Assembly: GCA_963826525.1 (NCBI GenBank)
Contig: CAWGXH010000004.1
Location: forward strand, 1,184,001-1,248,000
DNA: 64,000 nt
Source of the DNA: an uncultured Methanomicrobiaceae archaeon
GTDB taxonomy: Archaea; Halobacteriota; Methanomicrobia; Methanomicrobiales; Methanoculleaceae
Direction of reading: 5' to 3'
Part shown: positions 52,358 through 62,575 of the stretch, one piece after another
How positions within the stretch are numbered: position 1 is the first letter of the stretch
Layout: each line of letters opens with the position of its first letter
Notes under the pieces: generated by a model
Told to the model about the DNA's origin: nothing
Databases searched by the model: none
What the model saw: the letters and a program-made list of their open reading frames with translations, nothing else
Made by a program: the position numbers and the translations under genes

Positions 52358-52381
52358 TCCCCGGGTGCGAACACCCGGGGA
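52358..52381. terminator. Perfect 10-bp GC-rich hairpin just after the pilus operon (possible terminator/processing site)
   Basis: TCCCCGGGTG-CGAA-CACCCGGGGA, about 10 nt after the stop at 52348. Confidence 0.45.
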
Positions 52382-52702
52382 CATGCCCCGGATACGGTCA
52401 TATCCCGGTAGGGGGTTTCCGACTGCCGTTTCCCGTATGGGAACAAGGTTACGACCCCCTGCAAAATCCGGTAACCGTCCCCGATGCTCTCCCCCTCTCT
52501 TCGATCGACGGAGGGAGTACTCCTGAACTATCCGTCCCCTGTCCGGCTCTCACCTCCGGCCGGAGGAGAGTGCAACGGACTCGTCAGATGATGCTGAAAA
52601 CCGCTCAGGAGGATGGCGGGCGATGCACAGAAGAAACTATACCTCGGTAATATAGAAGAAAAAGAAAGGATTCACCCGGGTTCCCGGGCGTTCCCGTGCG
52701 GA

Positions 52703-53008
52703 TTAATTGATATTGTCCAAACTGTACCCCTTCTGGGCAAGCAATGCCTTGACCCGCTCACGATGGTTACCCTGCAGCTCGATGCTACTGTTCTTTACGG
52801 TACCGCCGCAGGCCAGTTTTGCCTTTAAAAATTTCGTGAGCTCCTCAAGGTCGATATCGTAGGGATCGAGGCCCTCTATGACCGTCACCTCTTTCCCATA
52901 CCGGCGTCTGTTTATCTTTACGCTGATTCTCTGTTGTTCTTTTGCAACTTCCTCGCAGATACACAGTTCTTTTGGCAGTCCGCATTTCGGACATATCCCA
53001 CCATTCAT
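52703..53008 (-). CDS. sui1: Translation initiation factor aIF1 (SUI1/YciH)
   Basis: [37 protein letters not shown]. Confidence 0.95.
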   Translation of the reverse strand: MNGGICPKCGLPKELCICEEVAKEQQRISVKINRRRYGKEVTVIEGLDPYDIDLEELTKFLKAKLACGGTVKNSSIELQGNHRERVKALLAQKGYSLDNIN

Positions 53009-53051
53009 TACATTGTACCTTTCAGCTCTCGTTATATATGTCTTGGCATGC

Positions 53052-54695
53052 TCATGTGTCGATACTGCACACAGGGCACCCGTACGCGAGAACCTGATCC
53101 CTGCGGCTGTTATACCGGTAGATCGTGATCCCCTTGCACCGGAGATCCCGTGCCAGATCGAATACTCTGGAGATATCGTCCACCGTCGATGCTTCCGGCA
53201 TATTCACGGTCTTTGAGACGGCGTTGTCCACATGTTTCTGGAACGCGGCCTGGATGCGCACGTGGTGCTCCGGAGGTATCTCCATCGCCGTCCGGAAGAG
53301 CTCCTGGAGCTCCGCATCGAGGGGAAGATCCCGGACGCTGCCGGTCTTCCTGATATGTGCCGCAACATCCCGTCCTGCCGCCTGTTCCGGCAAAAACTCA
53401 GCCGCAAGCGGGCTTATGACCTCTACCGCCTCCCCGGCAAGACGCCGTGTATGGGCGAGGGAGAAGATCGGTTCTATCCCGCTTGTGGTGTCTGCGATGA
53501 TGTGGAGCGACCCTGTCGGGGCAATGGTGGTGACGGTCGCGTTCCGCATCGGCCCGGCAAAGACGCTCCCGTCGATGGCCGGAAAGGATCCTTTCCGCTC
53601 TCCGAGTTCGGATGAGGCCGCTTTCGCCTCCGATGCGATGAACGCCATCACCTGCCCGGCAACGGCGACTGCCTCCCGTGATGCGTAGGGTATGCCGAGC
53701 CTGATCAGCGCTTCGGCAAATCCCATCACCCCAAGGCCGATCTTCCTCGTCAAAAGCGACGCCTCGCGGATCTCCGGCAGCGGGAAACGAGTGGCATCTA
53801 TCACCGCATCGAGAAACATCACCGACCGATGGACGACCGCCTTCAGCAGTTCCTCGTCGAGCTCGCCTCCCCTGACCATGCGGGCAAGATTGATGCTCCC
53901 GAGGTTGCAGCTCTCGTGGGGGTAGAGCGGCTGTTCCCCGCAGGGGTTTGTAGCCTCGAGGAGACCAAGTCCCGGGGTCGTGTTTCTCCTGTTGATCTCA
54001 TCGAGGAAGAGCATCCCGGGGTCGCCCGTTGCCCACGCCGCAGCGGCTACCCCCCGCCAGAGTTCGTCCGGGGCAACGGTTCTCCAGACGCTCCCGTCGC
54101 GGGGATTCATGAGGTCGTACTCCCGGCCGCTCTCCCGGCAGTGAAAGAACCGGGCGTCAAAGCCCACCGAGATATTGAAGTTCCGAAACCCGCCGTCACG
54201 TTTGCAGTCGATGAATCGCTCGATATCGGGATGGGAGCTTGCCAGCACCCCCATGTTCGCACCCATGCGCCGCCCTCCCTGCTTTACCGTCTCGGTTGCG
54301 GTATCGAATACGTGCATGAACGAGACCGGCCCGCTCGCGACACCACCCTCCCCGCCGACGGTGTCGCCCGCCGGCCTGATGCGGCTGAATGAAAACCCGG
54401 TACCTCCCCCGGACTTGTGAATCAGCGCCATATGGGTGAGAGAGGTGAAGATCCCTTCGAGCGTATCCTCGATCGGCAGCACGAAACAGGCCGAGAGCTG
54501 CCCGGAGGGTGTGCCGGCGTTCATCAGGGTCGGCGAGTTCGGGAGAAAGAGCAACCGGCTCATGATCGTCGCGTACTCCTGCGCCCTCGTCCCGCCGACG
54601 GCGCCGGCGACGCGCCGGAAGAGATCGGCGACCGTCTCACCGGGCAGGAGATACCGGCTCTCGAGGAGACGACGTGCCGCCCCGGAGATCTGCAT
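53052..54695 (-). CDS. nrdJ: Class II adenosylcobalamin-dependent ribonucleotide reductase, compact (547 aa, no ATP cone)
   Basis: [52 protein letters not shown]-terminal CPVC. Confidence 0.94.
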   Translation of the reverse strand: MQISGAARRLLESRYLLPGETVADLFRRVAGAVGGTRAQEYATIMSRLLFLPNSPTLMNAGTPSGQLSACFVLPIEDTLEGIFTSLTHMALIHKSGGGTGFSFSRIRPAGDTVGGEGGVASGPVSFMHVFDTATETVKQGGRRMGANMGVLASSHPDIERFIDCKRDGGFRNFNISVGFDARFFHCRESGREYDLMNPRDGSVWRTVAPDELWRGVAAAAWATGDPGMLFLDEINRRNTTPGLGLLEATNPCGEQPLYPHESCNLGSINLARMVRGGELDEELLKAVVHRSVMFLDAVIDATRFPLPEIREASLLTRKIGLGVMGFAEALIRLGIPYASREAVAVAGQVMAFIASEAKAASSELGERKGSFPAIDGSVFAGPMRNATVTTIAPTGSLHIIADTTSGIEPIFSLAHTRRLAGEAVEVISPLAAEFLPEQAAGRDVAAHIRKTGSVRDLPLDAELQELFRTAMEIPPEHHVRIQAAFQKHVDNAVSKTVNMPEASTVDDISRVFDLARDLRCKGITIYRYNSRRDQVLAYGCPVCSIDT

Positions 54696-54750
54696 ACGGT
54701 GCTACTGGAACGCTGCCCTTAATAAATCGTCGTGCCAAGTTAGTGATGAA

Positions 54751-56265
54751 ATGTCGTTAATCGTGCTCGGCACCGCATCGCACGTCGGAAAGAGCACCAC
54801 CGTGGCGGCGCTCTGCCGCGCCCTGAAGTATCGCGGCATCTCCGTGGCACCGTTCAAGTCGCAGAATATGAGTTTGAACTCCTTCGTGACCGCGGATGGG
54901 AGCGAGATCGGCATTGCCCAGGCGATGCAGGCATCGGCGGCCGGTCTCGAACCGGTGGCGGATATGAACCCGATCCTCTTAAAACCGAAAGGAGATCAGA
55001 TCTCGCAGATCGTCCTGCTCGGCAGGCCCTATAAGGACGTGCAGATCAGAGAGTACTACAGAGAGACCGACCAACTGCTCGATACCGCCGTGGCGGCTTT
55101 CCGCCGCCTGGAGGCCCGTCACGGCCATGTGGTGGTCGAGGGTGCCGGGGGCGCTGCAGAGGTGAACCTCTATGACCGGGACATCGCCAATATCCGTCTC
55201 GCCCGTGTGTTGCAGCTGCCGATTATCCTCGTCGCCGACATCGAGCGCGGCGGTGTCTTTGCACAGATCTACGGGACCCTTATGCTCCTCCCCGAGGATA
55301 TCCGGCAGTTCGTCGTCGGCATTGTCATCAATAAGTTCCGGGGCGACCCGAAGCTCTTTGCGGCGGGTGTTACGGAGATCGAGAGGCTCTGTGGCATCCC
55401 GGTGCTCGGTGTCGTGCCGTATGCCGCGATGGATCTCCCGAGCGAGGACTCGCTCTCGCTTGGGGACAAGCAGCGGCGAAGCGATCGCACTGTCAGGATT
55501 GCCGTCATCAGGCTGCCGAGGATAGCCAACTTCACCGATTTCGAACTCCTCGAGCAGCATGCGGCGGTTGACTACGTCCCACCCGGGGGGTTGCTTGACG
55601 GCTACGACTGCATCATCCTGCCGGGAACGAAGAATACCGTCGAGGATCTCGATGCCCTGAAACAGAGCGGTACCGCCGCCGAACTGGTGCGGATGCGGAA
55701 CGCCGGGGTTCCGATAATCGGTATCTGCGGCGGATACCAGATGCTCGGCACGCGGATCGAGGATGCAGGGGTGGAATCGGGGGTTCCCGGGACGTATGAT
55801 GGTCTCGGACTCCTCGATATCGCAACCGGGTTTGCCGGGTATCGCAAGACCACGGTGCAGGTCTGCCGGCGGGCGTGTCCTCTCGGCCCTATCCTCTCGG
55901 CAATGGGAGAGGTGAAAGGGTATGAGATCCATATGGGAGAGACGGAGCGGGGGTGCGTGGATGAAGCCTTCGAAGGCGACGGGGCAGCAAGCCCGGACGG
56001 TCTCCTCTTCGGCACCTACATGCACGGGCTCTTCCAGAACCCTTCGGCAGCGAACGCCCTTCTAGGGTTTTTGTACTCCCGGCAGGGGGAGATGTTCACC
56101 CCGATTGCCGGGTCTGCTTCGGAGATGAGCACTACTGCCGTCCGCGGAGCGTACGACGATCTCGCCCGGCACTTCGAGCGGCACGTGAATCTGGACTACA
56201 TCGTCTCTCTCTTCGGCGACCTGCAGGCTGGGCCGGTTGGAGATGTGACAACCCTTGAGGAATGA
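54751..56265 (+). CDS. cobQ: Cobyric acid synthase
   Basis: [47 protein letters not shown]. Confidence 0.96.
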   Translation: MSLIVLGTASHVGKSTTVAALCRALKYRGISVAPFKSQNMSLNSFVTADGSEIGIAQAMQASAAGLEPVADMNPILLKPKGDQISQIVLLGRPYKDVQIREYYRETDQLLDTAVAAFRRLEARHGHVVVEGAGGAAEVNLYDRDIANIRLARVLQLPIILVADIERGGVFAQIYGTLMLLPEDIRQFVVGIVINKFRGDPKLFAAGVTEIERLCGIPVLGVVPYAAMDLPSEDSLSLGDKQRRSDRTVRIAVIRLPRIANFTDFELLEQHAAVDYVPPGGLLDGYDCIILPGTKNTVEDLDALKQSGTAAELVRMRNAGVPIIGICGGYQMLGTRIEDAGVESGVPGTYDGLGLLDIATGFAGYRKTTVQVCRRACPLGPILSAMGEVKGYEIHMGETERGCVDEAFEGDGAASPDGLLFGTYMHGLFQNPSAANALLGFLYSRQGEMFTPIAGSASEMSTTAVRGAYDDLARHFERHVNLDYIVSLFGDLQAGPVGDVTTLEE

Positions 56266-56268
56266 TAT

Positions 56269-56604
56269 ATGGTAATGAGATGTTCGTTTGCGCTGGACCC
56301 CGATCTGATGGAACAGATCGATCAATTTGCGAAAGAACGATCCCTGGAACGGAACGAAGCAATCCTTGACCTGATCGAGGCCGGCCTTGCACACTTTGAG
56401 AACGGTGAGGCCGTGACGGTGAAGCAGCAGCGTTCGTTCGAGGAGATCAACGCGCTCAAAAAGGATATGGAAGATGTAAAAAGTGTTCTCGACGAGCTCC
56501 GGAAGGAAGTGAGACTGGTTCATCACACCATCGAGACCGACTGGAATAACCAGGCAAAGGGAGTGCCGTTCCAGACGAAACACCCCTGGGAGTTCTGGAG
56601 ATAG
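56269..56604 (+). CDS. Ribbon-helix-helix-like protein with coiled coil and aromatic C-terminus
   Basis: RCSFALDPDLMEQIDQFA....RNEAILDLI (RHH pattern), heptad stretch, ends PWEFWR. Confidence 0.65.
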   Translation: MVMRCSFALDPDLMEQIDQFAKERSLERNEAILDLIEAGLAHFENGEAVTVKQQRSFEEINALKKDMEDVKSVLDELRKEVRLVHHTIETDWNNQAKGVPFQTKHPWEFWR

Positions 56605-56615
56605 GGTTTCTTTCG

Positions 56616-56885
56616 TCAGCTGATGATGTTCATGATGCTCCGGTATCCTTCGCCGGAGCGATCGTCGCAGACGACCGCCTCGACCGCATCGAGGTCGATC
56701 TCCTCTCCTCCCCGCTGCCGCGAGCAGTACGCCCGTGCGGGAGACGGCACCAGTCTGCCCCGCACCTGAAAGTGTGTCGAATGAGCGCAGAACCTGCACC
56801 GGTCGAGCGTTACGGCCTGCCCCGACGGGCATGCCACCCGCCCTCCGATGACCGGGATGAGCGTCCCGGCACTCTTCTCACTCAT
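56616..56885 (-). CDS. Small Cys-rich hypothetical protein (~89 aa)
   Basis: VACP..CRFC..AYC..VVCDD; start overlaps the stop of the upstream YkgJ gene. Confidence 0.65.
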   Translation of the reverse strand: MSEKSAGTLIPVIGGRVACPSGQAVTLDRCRFCAHSTHFQVRGRLVPSPARAYCSRQRGGEEIDLDAVEAVVCDDRSGEGYRSIMNIIS

Positions 56886-57369
56886 AACTATCCGCCCGGT
56901 AGCCGCGATCGCGTAAGATCGCCCGCACCTGCTCTCGCCATGAGTCGTCATCGTCCGTGGCGATAGACGAAATCCCACTCTCCCAGCAGTCCCTGAGAGC
57001 GGCATCGCTGGTGGAGAGGCTTCGCCGCCCTTTGACGCTGCCGACCGCCCGGCCTTCCGCATCGTAGATCCGCATGGTGCAGCAGGTGAACGCCCGGCAG
57101 ATCTGCGGCCGGGAGGTATGGACGGTGCAGATGTACTCTTCCGTTCCGGCGACCGGGCGCAGGAAGGGGCACCATCGGGACGAAGGCGGCCGAAAGCCCT
57201 GGTCGCTATAGAGGTCGAAATGCTCCCCCTCTACTGCGGCGATGAACCGCTCGCCGGTGATCTTCATTCGGCAGGCGAAGTTTCTTCCGGAGAGGCGCTT
57301 TTCTATCTCGAGAAACTCCCCGGCGTTCATGCAGCACTTCCCGCAACGGGTGCACTCAAACGGGGTCAT
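56878..57369 (-). CDS. YkgJ family cysteine-cluster protein (CxxCxxCC)
   Basis: CTRCGKCC, CPFL, CTVH..RP.IC..F.C. Confidence 0.87.
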   Translation of the reverse strand: MTPFECTRCGKCCMNAGEFLEIEKRLSGRNFACRMKITGERFIAAVEGEHFDLYSDQGFRPPSSRWCPFLRPVAGTEEYICTVHTSRPQICRAFTCCTMRIYDAEGRAVGSVKGRRSLSTSDAALRDCWESGISSIATDDDDSWREQVRAILRDRGYRADSYE

Positions 57370-57468
57370 CGAGAGTAGCATAGGTTCTCGTGCTATGTCA
57401 ACCATTCGGGAATACTCTCCGAAACTCCCGTCAATAGGGTTAAATCCGTCTGCTGCCAATGGAGTGGC

Positions 57469-58647
57469 ATGAAGGTATGCATTATGTGCGGAGGCGAAGG
57501 GACCCGCCTTCGCCCCCTCACGTTCGGGCGTCCGAAGCCCTGTATTCCGATCGTCAACCAGCCTTCGATCCAGCACCTCGTATCCCACCTTGCGAATCTC
57601 GGGTTCAACGATGTGATGATCACCCTCGGGTACATGAGCACGGCGATCGAAGAGTCGCTCGGAGACGGTTCGCTCTTTGGCGCGAACATCACCTACGTCC
57701 CTGAGAAGACCAAGCTCGGTACTGCGGGCAGCGTCAAGAATGCACAGGAGTATCTGGACGGCCAGCCGTTCCTCGTCGTCGGCGGCGATCATGTCATCAA
57801 TCTGAATCTGCTCGAATTTTATCGGGAGCACCTCAATAACGACTCGATATCGACCATCGGGCTCATCAGCATCGACGATCCCACCGAGTACGGGATTGCG
57901 GAGATCGATGCCGACTATACCATCAAACGGTTCAAGGAAAAGCCCGGACCCGGCGAGATCTTCTCAAACCTTGCCAGCACCGGTATGTACGTCTGTGATC
58001 CGGAGATCTTCGATTTCATCCCTGCCGGGGAGAAGTACGACTTTGCGCGACACCTCTTCCCCGCTCTGATGGAGAAGGGATACACGCTGAAAGCCTGGCT
58101 TGCACGCGGCAACTGGTCGGACGTCGGCAATCCCCGCTCGTTGCGGCAGGCGGAGCGGTGGAAACTGCAGGAGATCGCGTATACGAGCATCAGCGGCGAT
58201 CTGGTCGTCAAGGGCGCCAAGATTGCCGGGCCCGTGCAGATGGGCGGTTCGGTCTCGCTCTCTACGAACTCCCGGATCATAGGGCCGGTCTCCATCGGCG
58301 CCGGGACGATCGTCGAGGAGAATGTCATCATCGGTCCGTATACGAGTATCGGGGAGGGGTGTATCATCAAGAGCAACGCGAAGATCTTCTCGTCCTCGAT
58401 CTACAACCGGGTCGTCGTCGGCCGGAACTCCACAATCAGCGGCAGCATTCTCGATAACGGTACCTTCATCGGCGACGGCTGCAATATCGAGAACGACACC
58501 GTCATAGGGCCGAAAGTCGTCCTTAAGGATAACGTGGTCGTTCACTCGGGAACAAGGCTCTGGCCGGAGGTCACCATCCCGGAGGGCACTATCGTGAAGG
58601 AACACGTTCTGAACGATGCGTTCGATACCAGGATCGAAGGGTCCTAA
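57469..58647 (+). CDS. NDP-sugar synthase (mannose-1-phosphate guanylyltransferase-like) with hexapeptide LbH domain
   Basis: GGEGTRLRPLT..RPKP, LGTAG, FKEKP, WSDVG, C-terminal hexapeptide repeats. Confidence 0.92.
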   Translation: MKVCIMCGGEGTRLRPLTFGRPKPCIPIVNQPSIQHLVSHLANLGFNDVMITLGYMSTAIEESLGDGSLFGANITYVPEKTKLGTAGSVKNAQEYLDGQPFLVVGGDHVINLNLLEFYREHLNNDSISTIGLISIDDPTEYGIAEIDADYTIKRFKEKPGPGEIFSNLASTGMYVCDPEIFDFIPAGEKYDFARHLFPALMEKGYTLKAWLARGNWSDVGNPRSLRQAERWKLQEIAYTSISGDLVVKGAKIAGPVQMGGSVSLSTNSRIIGPVSIGAGTIVEENVIIGPYTSIGEGCIIKSNAKIFSSSIYNRVVVGRNSTISGSILDNGTFIGDGCNIENDTVIGPKVVLKDNVVVHSGTRLWPEVTIPEGTIVKEHVLNDAFDTRIEGS

Positions 58648-59432
58648 CCGTGCCGGACGAGCCGGTGCGTGAGTGCGACGAGCGGATGGCGGGCGTAATC
58701 CATGACCTTGATATCGTCGAGCGTCTTTAAGTTCAGCGTTCGTGCGGTCCGCTCCATGCCGAGCTCGATGTCGGCGGTAATCTCAATGATATAGGCGTCG
58801 AGGCTCTTGATCCCGAGCCTCTTTGCCGCGATGGCCCGGTGGTGGCCGTCGACCAGGATCAAGCGGCCCGGGCGCCTGACGACGATCACCGGTTCGGCAA
58901 GCCCCTTCTTAATCTCGTACATCCTTCCTTCGAGTTCGTCCTCGTAGATCTTCGACTGTGTGGGGAGGAGCGCGTTCGTCGGAACCGGGCCCCGTTTCAG
59001 CGTCGGTTCGATGTCGTAGAGTTTCTTTAACGTCTCGATGAACTTGAAGACCTTCTCGGGAGATACGTGTTCTATCTGGGAGCGAATGACGTCCGCATTC
59101 GATATGATCCCGATCAGTTTGTTGTCCTCGTTGACTACGGGGAGTTTCTGAATGCCCGACCGGAAGATGACTCTGGCTGCATCGTTGATGCTCATATCGG
59201 GGTCGGCGACGATGAGATGGCGGGACATAACCTGCTCGACAGGGGTGGACGGATGCGCAAAAAGGAGATCGCGGGCTGCTATATAGCCGACTACTTCTTT
59301 GCCCCCGATGACGGGAAAACCATCATGGTGCGTCTTTCTTATTGTCTCGATAACGTCTTTCACCGTGCCGTGAACGTCGACGGTGACGACATCATAGGTC
59401 ATGTAGTCTTTGACCTTCTTTTTGTCCATCAT
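58644..59432 (-). CDS. CBS-pair + ParB/Srx-like domain protein
   Basis: VKDYMT..HDGFPV..VMS..LPVV CBS pair; PTQ..., EPVIVV, LVDGHHR. Confidence 0.88.
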   Translation of the reverse strand: MMDKKKVKDYMTYDVVTVDVHGTVKDVIETIRKTHHDGFPVIGGKEVVGYIAARDLLFAHPSTPVEQVMSRHLIVADPDMSINDAARVIFRSGIQKLPVVNEDNKLIGIISNADVIRSQIEHVSPEKVFKFIETLKKLYDIEPTLKRGPVPTNALLPTQSKIYEDELEGRMYEIKKGLAEPVIVVRRPGRLILVDGHHRAIAAKRLGIKSLDAYIIEITADIELGMERTARTLNLKTLDDIKVMDYARHPLVALTHRLVRHG

Positions 59433-59499
59433 GAATATGTCACATTGCCGGAACATGAATTATTCGGTCGGAAATCAATGAAGAATCGTGGAAAAAAGG

Positions 59500-59973
59500 T
59501 TACTCTATTGGAATTGATGTCCCGACTTCGGTCGGTGCCTTCTTCATGCGGACTTCAAGAACGCCGTTCTTGAAACTGGCGGCGGAGTTCTGATCGGTCA
59601 CTTCGACAGGCAGCACGACCATGCGGCTCATCGTGCCGTAGGTGCGTTCCCGGACATAGAAGTCCTCAACGTGCTCCTCGGTCGCACCGCTGCGCACGCT
59701 TGAGATCTCGAGGTGGTGGGGGTCGAGGAGGCGGACGTTGACATTCTCTTTCTCAACGCCCGGAAGATCTGCAACGATGATAACCTCGCCCTCATGGTCG
59801 CGGACATCAACCCGGAAGTCGGCGCGGATCGATGGCATCATCCGGCCGCGAACCTCCTCTCCCCGTGAGCCGATGCCGCCGAGCATTGACTGGAACCTGC
59901 TCTCCATCTCTGCCATGAGGTCATCAAAATCCTGCCATACCGAGCGATATGGTCGCTTTTCAGTTCCTGCCAT
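59500..59973 (-). CDS. Small heat-shock protein Hsp20/alpha-crystallin
   Basis: VDV, ADLPGV, RER.YG...R.V.LP, ASFKNGVLEV, C-terminal IPI. Confidence 0.94.
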   Translation of the reverse strand: MAGTEKRPYRSVWQDFDDLMAEMESRFQSMLGGIGSRGEEVRGRMMPSIRADFRVDVRDHEGEVIIVADLPGVEKENVNVRLLDPHHLEISSVRSGATEEHVEDFYVRERTYGTMSRMVVLPVEVTDQNSAASFKNGVLEVRMKKAPTEVGTSIPIE

Positions 59974-60131
59974 TGATTCCACTTCCTTTTACCGTTTGAT
60001 TGCCTGAAACGGCCTTTGCGCCAGGCCTCACTTTAAGGTAGTGTTGAATCTATATATATCTTCTCCCGGTGCTGATCGCCTCCCGCAAGAACGATACTAT
60101 TTTATTTCACCACACGCCGATTGTACTCACG

Positions 60132-60827
60132 ATGACAAAAACCCAGAAGAACGGCTCCAAGAAAGACGAGAAAAACTGGTACAAACTGGTCTTTGTCGGT
60201 GTCGCCGTCATGTTCGCGGCCGCGATGGTGCTCACGTACATGACCCCGATCTTCACCTCGGCCCGCACGATGCAGCCCGGGGATACTGCTCTGATCGCCT
60301 ATACCGTACGCGATGTGGCGGGGCAGCCCATCCTCACCACCGATCAGCAGCTCGTGCAGAGTGAGTATGAAAAGGGAAGGATCGTCATCCTGACGGGCGG
60401 GATGGAGATCCCGGCAGGCATGGCCGTCTCCGGCGAGAATGTCGCACCGGTGCCGATCTACTATCCACAGATCTCCGGATTCTCCGGGTTCGGGCTTCTC
60501 GGATTCGAGACGAATGCAGTATCGGCAGGGCTCGTCGGCATGCGCCCAGGCGAGGTGAAGAGCGTTACGTTCGACTATGGAGAGAACGACCTGATGATGA
60601 ATTTCAGCGGTGAGGATGCGAACGAGTTTGGGATTGACTTTGCGAACGCGACCGTAGGCGACACGTTCACGATCGGCATGACCGCGACCCCGGATCTCTC
60701 CCTCGAGGAGAACTCGACCGTGACGGCTGCGCTCAGAATCGCCAAGGTCGTCGAGAAGACACCTGATCAGCTGGTCATTCAATACCGCTACGGTAGTGCG
60801 GATATCATCCTCCAGCAGATCTCCTGA
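60132..60827 (+). CDS. Membrane-anchored FKBP/SlyD-like fold protein (degenerate)
   Basis: Basic N-tail + TM; PGDTALIAYT, GLVGMRPGEVKSV (FKBP core segments). Confidence 0.6.
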   Translation: MTKTQKNGSKKDEKNWYKLVFVGVAVMFAAAMVLTYMTPIFTSARTMQPGDTALIAYTVRDVAGQPILTTDQQLVQSEYEKGRIVILTGGMEIPAGMAVSGENVAPVPIYYPQISGFSGFGLLGFETNAVSAGLVGMRPGEVKSVTFDYGENDLMMNFSGEDANEFGIDFANATVGDTFTIGMTATPDLSLEENSTVTAALRIAKVVEKTPDQLVIQYRYGSADIILQQIS

Positions 60828-60884
60828 AGAGAGAGACTCCCCTACCGGAGTTTTTTTATAATCATTTCTCGAGCTCTTCCGTCT

Positions 60885-61151
60885 ATGGCAGTACCAGTAC
60901 TCAGCTTTTTCCAGGACGGGTGCATGGCCTGCGGCGAGCAGGAACCGATCCTCCAGGAGGTTAAAGCCGATCTCGGTATCGGGATCGAGGAGATCAATGC
61001 CGTCAAACAGCCGCAGTTTATCAAGGAGTACAATCTCCGGGTGACGCCGACGACTCTCGTGGTCGTGGACGGAGATGTAAAAGAGCGAATGGAAGGGCTC
61101 GTCCACCGTGAGGACCTGGAGACGGCGATAAAAAAGCATCTGCAGGAGTGA
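60885..61151 (+). CDS. Thioredoxin family protein
   Basis: GCMAC CxxC, VTPT cis-Pro loop, EG. Confidence 0.87.
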   Translation: MAVPVLSFFQDGCMACGEQEPILQEVKADLGIGIEEINAVKQPQFIKEYNLRVTPTTLVVVDGDVKERMEGLVHREDLETAIKKHLQE

Positions 61152-61291
61152 CGGCCCGGCGCACGGTATGCCCGGTGGGAGCCTTGTAAAAGAGCCGGGT
61201 CATGGGAACTGCGAGGAACCCCCCCGGCAGGAGGGTCATTTTTGAGGTGGCGCTCCTCTCCCACCGTAGAGGCTCCTCCGGTACGGGCTGG

Positions 61292-61865
61292 TTATACCCG
61301 GTAGGCGTATATCCTTTTAATCCTCCGTGCAAATGCTTTCCAGCCCTCTTTTCGCATAACCTGGCCTTCACGGAGTTTGATGTGGGATATCCGGAACCTG
61401 GTTCCGCCCATGGTGTAGACCTCGCCCACCACAAACATCTCCTCCCCTTCGACGGGTTTGTAGATTGGCTTTGTCGTCCGGCCGCTGTGAACCGAGACCT
61501 TCACCACCACCGTTTCGACCGCCCTCGTCCAGAGCGTAGTGACGTCGGAGGCTACTGCATGCTCAACCCGGCGGTCGCCGCTCTCGATACTGGTGATCTC
61601 GACCCCGAGCGCCTCGTCGCCGCACTCCGCGACGATCAGATCGCCTACCGCGCAGTAGTCATCGCTCGCCATCTCGACGACACAAACCGTCGATTCGGTC
61701 TCGCGGCTCACGATCGTCCTGATGGAGAGCAGCTGTGGGGCGGGCGGCTTCTGGACGTGGTGTACGTGCCCGCATTCGGAACACTGGACAAGCAGATCGG
61801 TGGATTCTTTGAGTACCTGGTGAGGTACACTCCTCATCGCAGGTCGGGCAATGGGTACCGATCAT
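61292..61865 (-). CDS. HVO_0476-like archaeal zinc-finger protein; indel near 61825
   Basis: CPTC....H.VLK....LVQCSECGHVH, ITSIE, TLWTR, IKRIYA. Confidence 0.78.
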
Positions 61866-61898
61866 TGATTAGCAATGGACACCCTCTCCTTATAAATC

Positions 61899-62345
61899 AT
61901 GAAGGCCAGAGATGTCGTACGGTCTCGCGGGCACCCGCTCGTGCAGGGACTGCACAAGACGACCTTCGAGGTGACCCGCGAATGCGAGCTGACTCTTGCC
62001 GGGGACTGTATCATCGGTGTCTGCGCCGACAAGGGCGCTTCCGATCTCTCCGCTCCGTTCAAACGCATGCTCTCCGATGATAGGGCGGTTCTTCTTACCC
62101 GATTGACCGCCGGCACCGAGTCGGTTGAGGTTTATTCACGGGGCAGCTCGCAGTTTACACTGGATCATCCGACCGATCTCGTCTGGAGAAGGAGTGGATT
62201 TGTCTGCGGGAGAACGGTCGGCATCTACTCCGATTACGTAGCCCGCGCCTTGCCCCGACCCCTGATCGGCCTGCTCCGGCAGGGTGACGACCTGGTTGTA
62301 GAGATGATCGTAGAGATTCCGGACACACCGGAAGGATCCTGCTGA
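61899..62345 (+). CDS. DUF371 family protein
   Basis: GHPLV...HKTTFEVT, GDCIIGV.ADK, DLVWRRS.FV..RT. Confidence 0.88.
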   Translation: MKARDVVRSRGHPLVQGLHKTTFEVTRECELTLAGDCIIGVCADKGASDLSAPFKRMLSDDRAVLLTRLTAGTESVEVYSRGSSQFTLDHPTDLVWRRSGFVCGRTVGIYSDYVARALPRPLIGLLRQGDDLVVEMIVEIPDTPEGSC

Positions 62346-62575
62346 ACAGGAGTATCCGAACGCCGAATCCGCCTCTCCCATAGATACATTTATCGTTCAA
62401 AACAGCCCTTCAGCGCGTGAAAAGACGCCTGTCCTGGTACTCTCACTCGAATACGGTCTCTGAACGCTGCGGAAATCCAGTGTCCGAACTTCGGTGAAGA
62501 GGCCGGGTACCTGCACCATGCTGCTGGAGACCCGGAAAAACAGGAGAGGGCTTTTGCGAGGGATGTGAGCGAGGG

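Noticed and set aside
54262-54285. NrdJ loop-2 variant QGGRRMGA (usually QGGxRRGA) as altered specificity
   Set aside because: The fifth-position Arg is retained, and a single substitution in an error-prone sequence is weak evidence.
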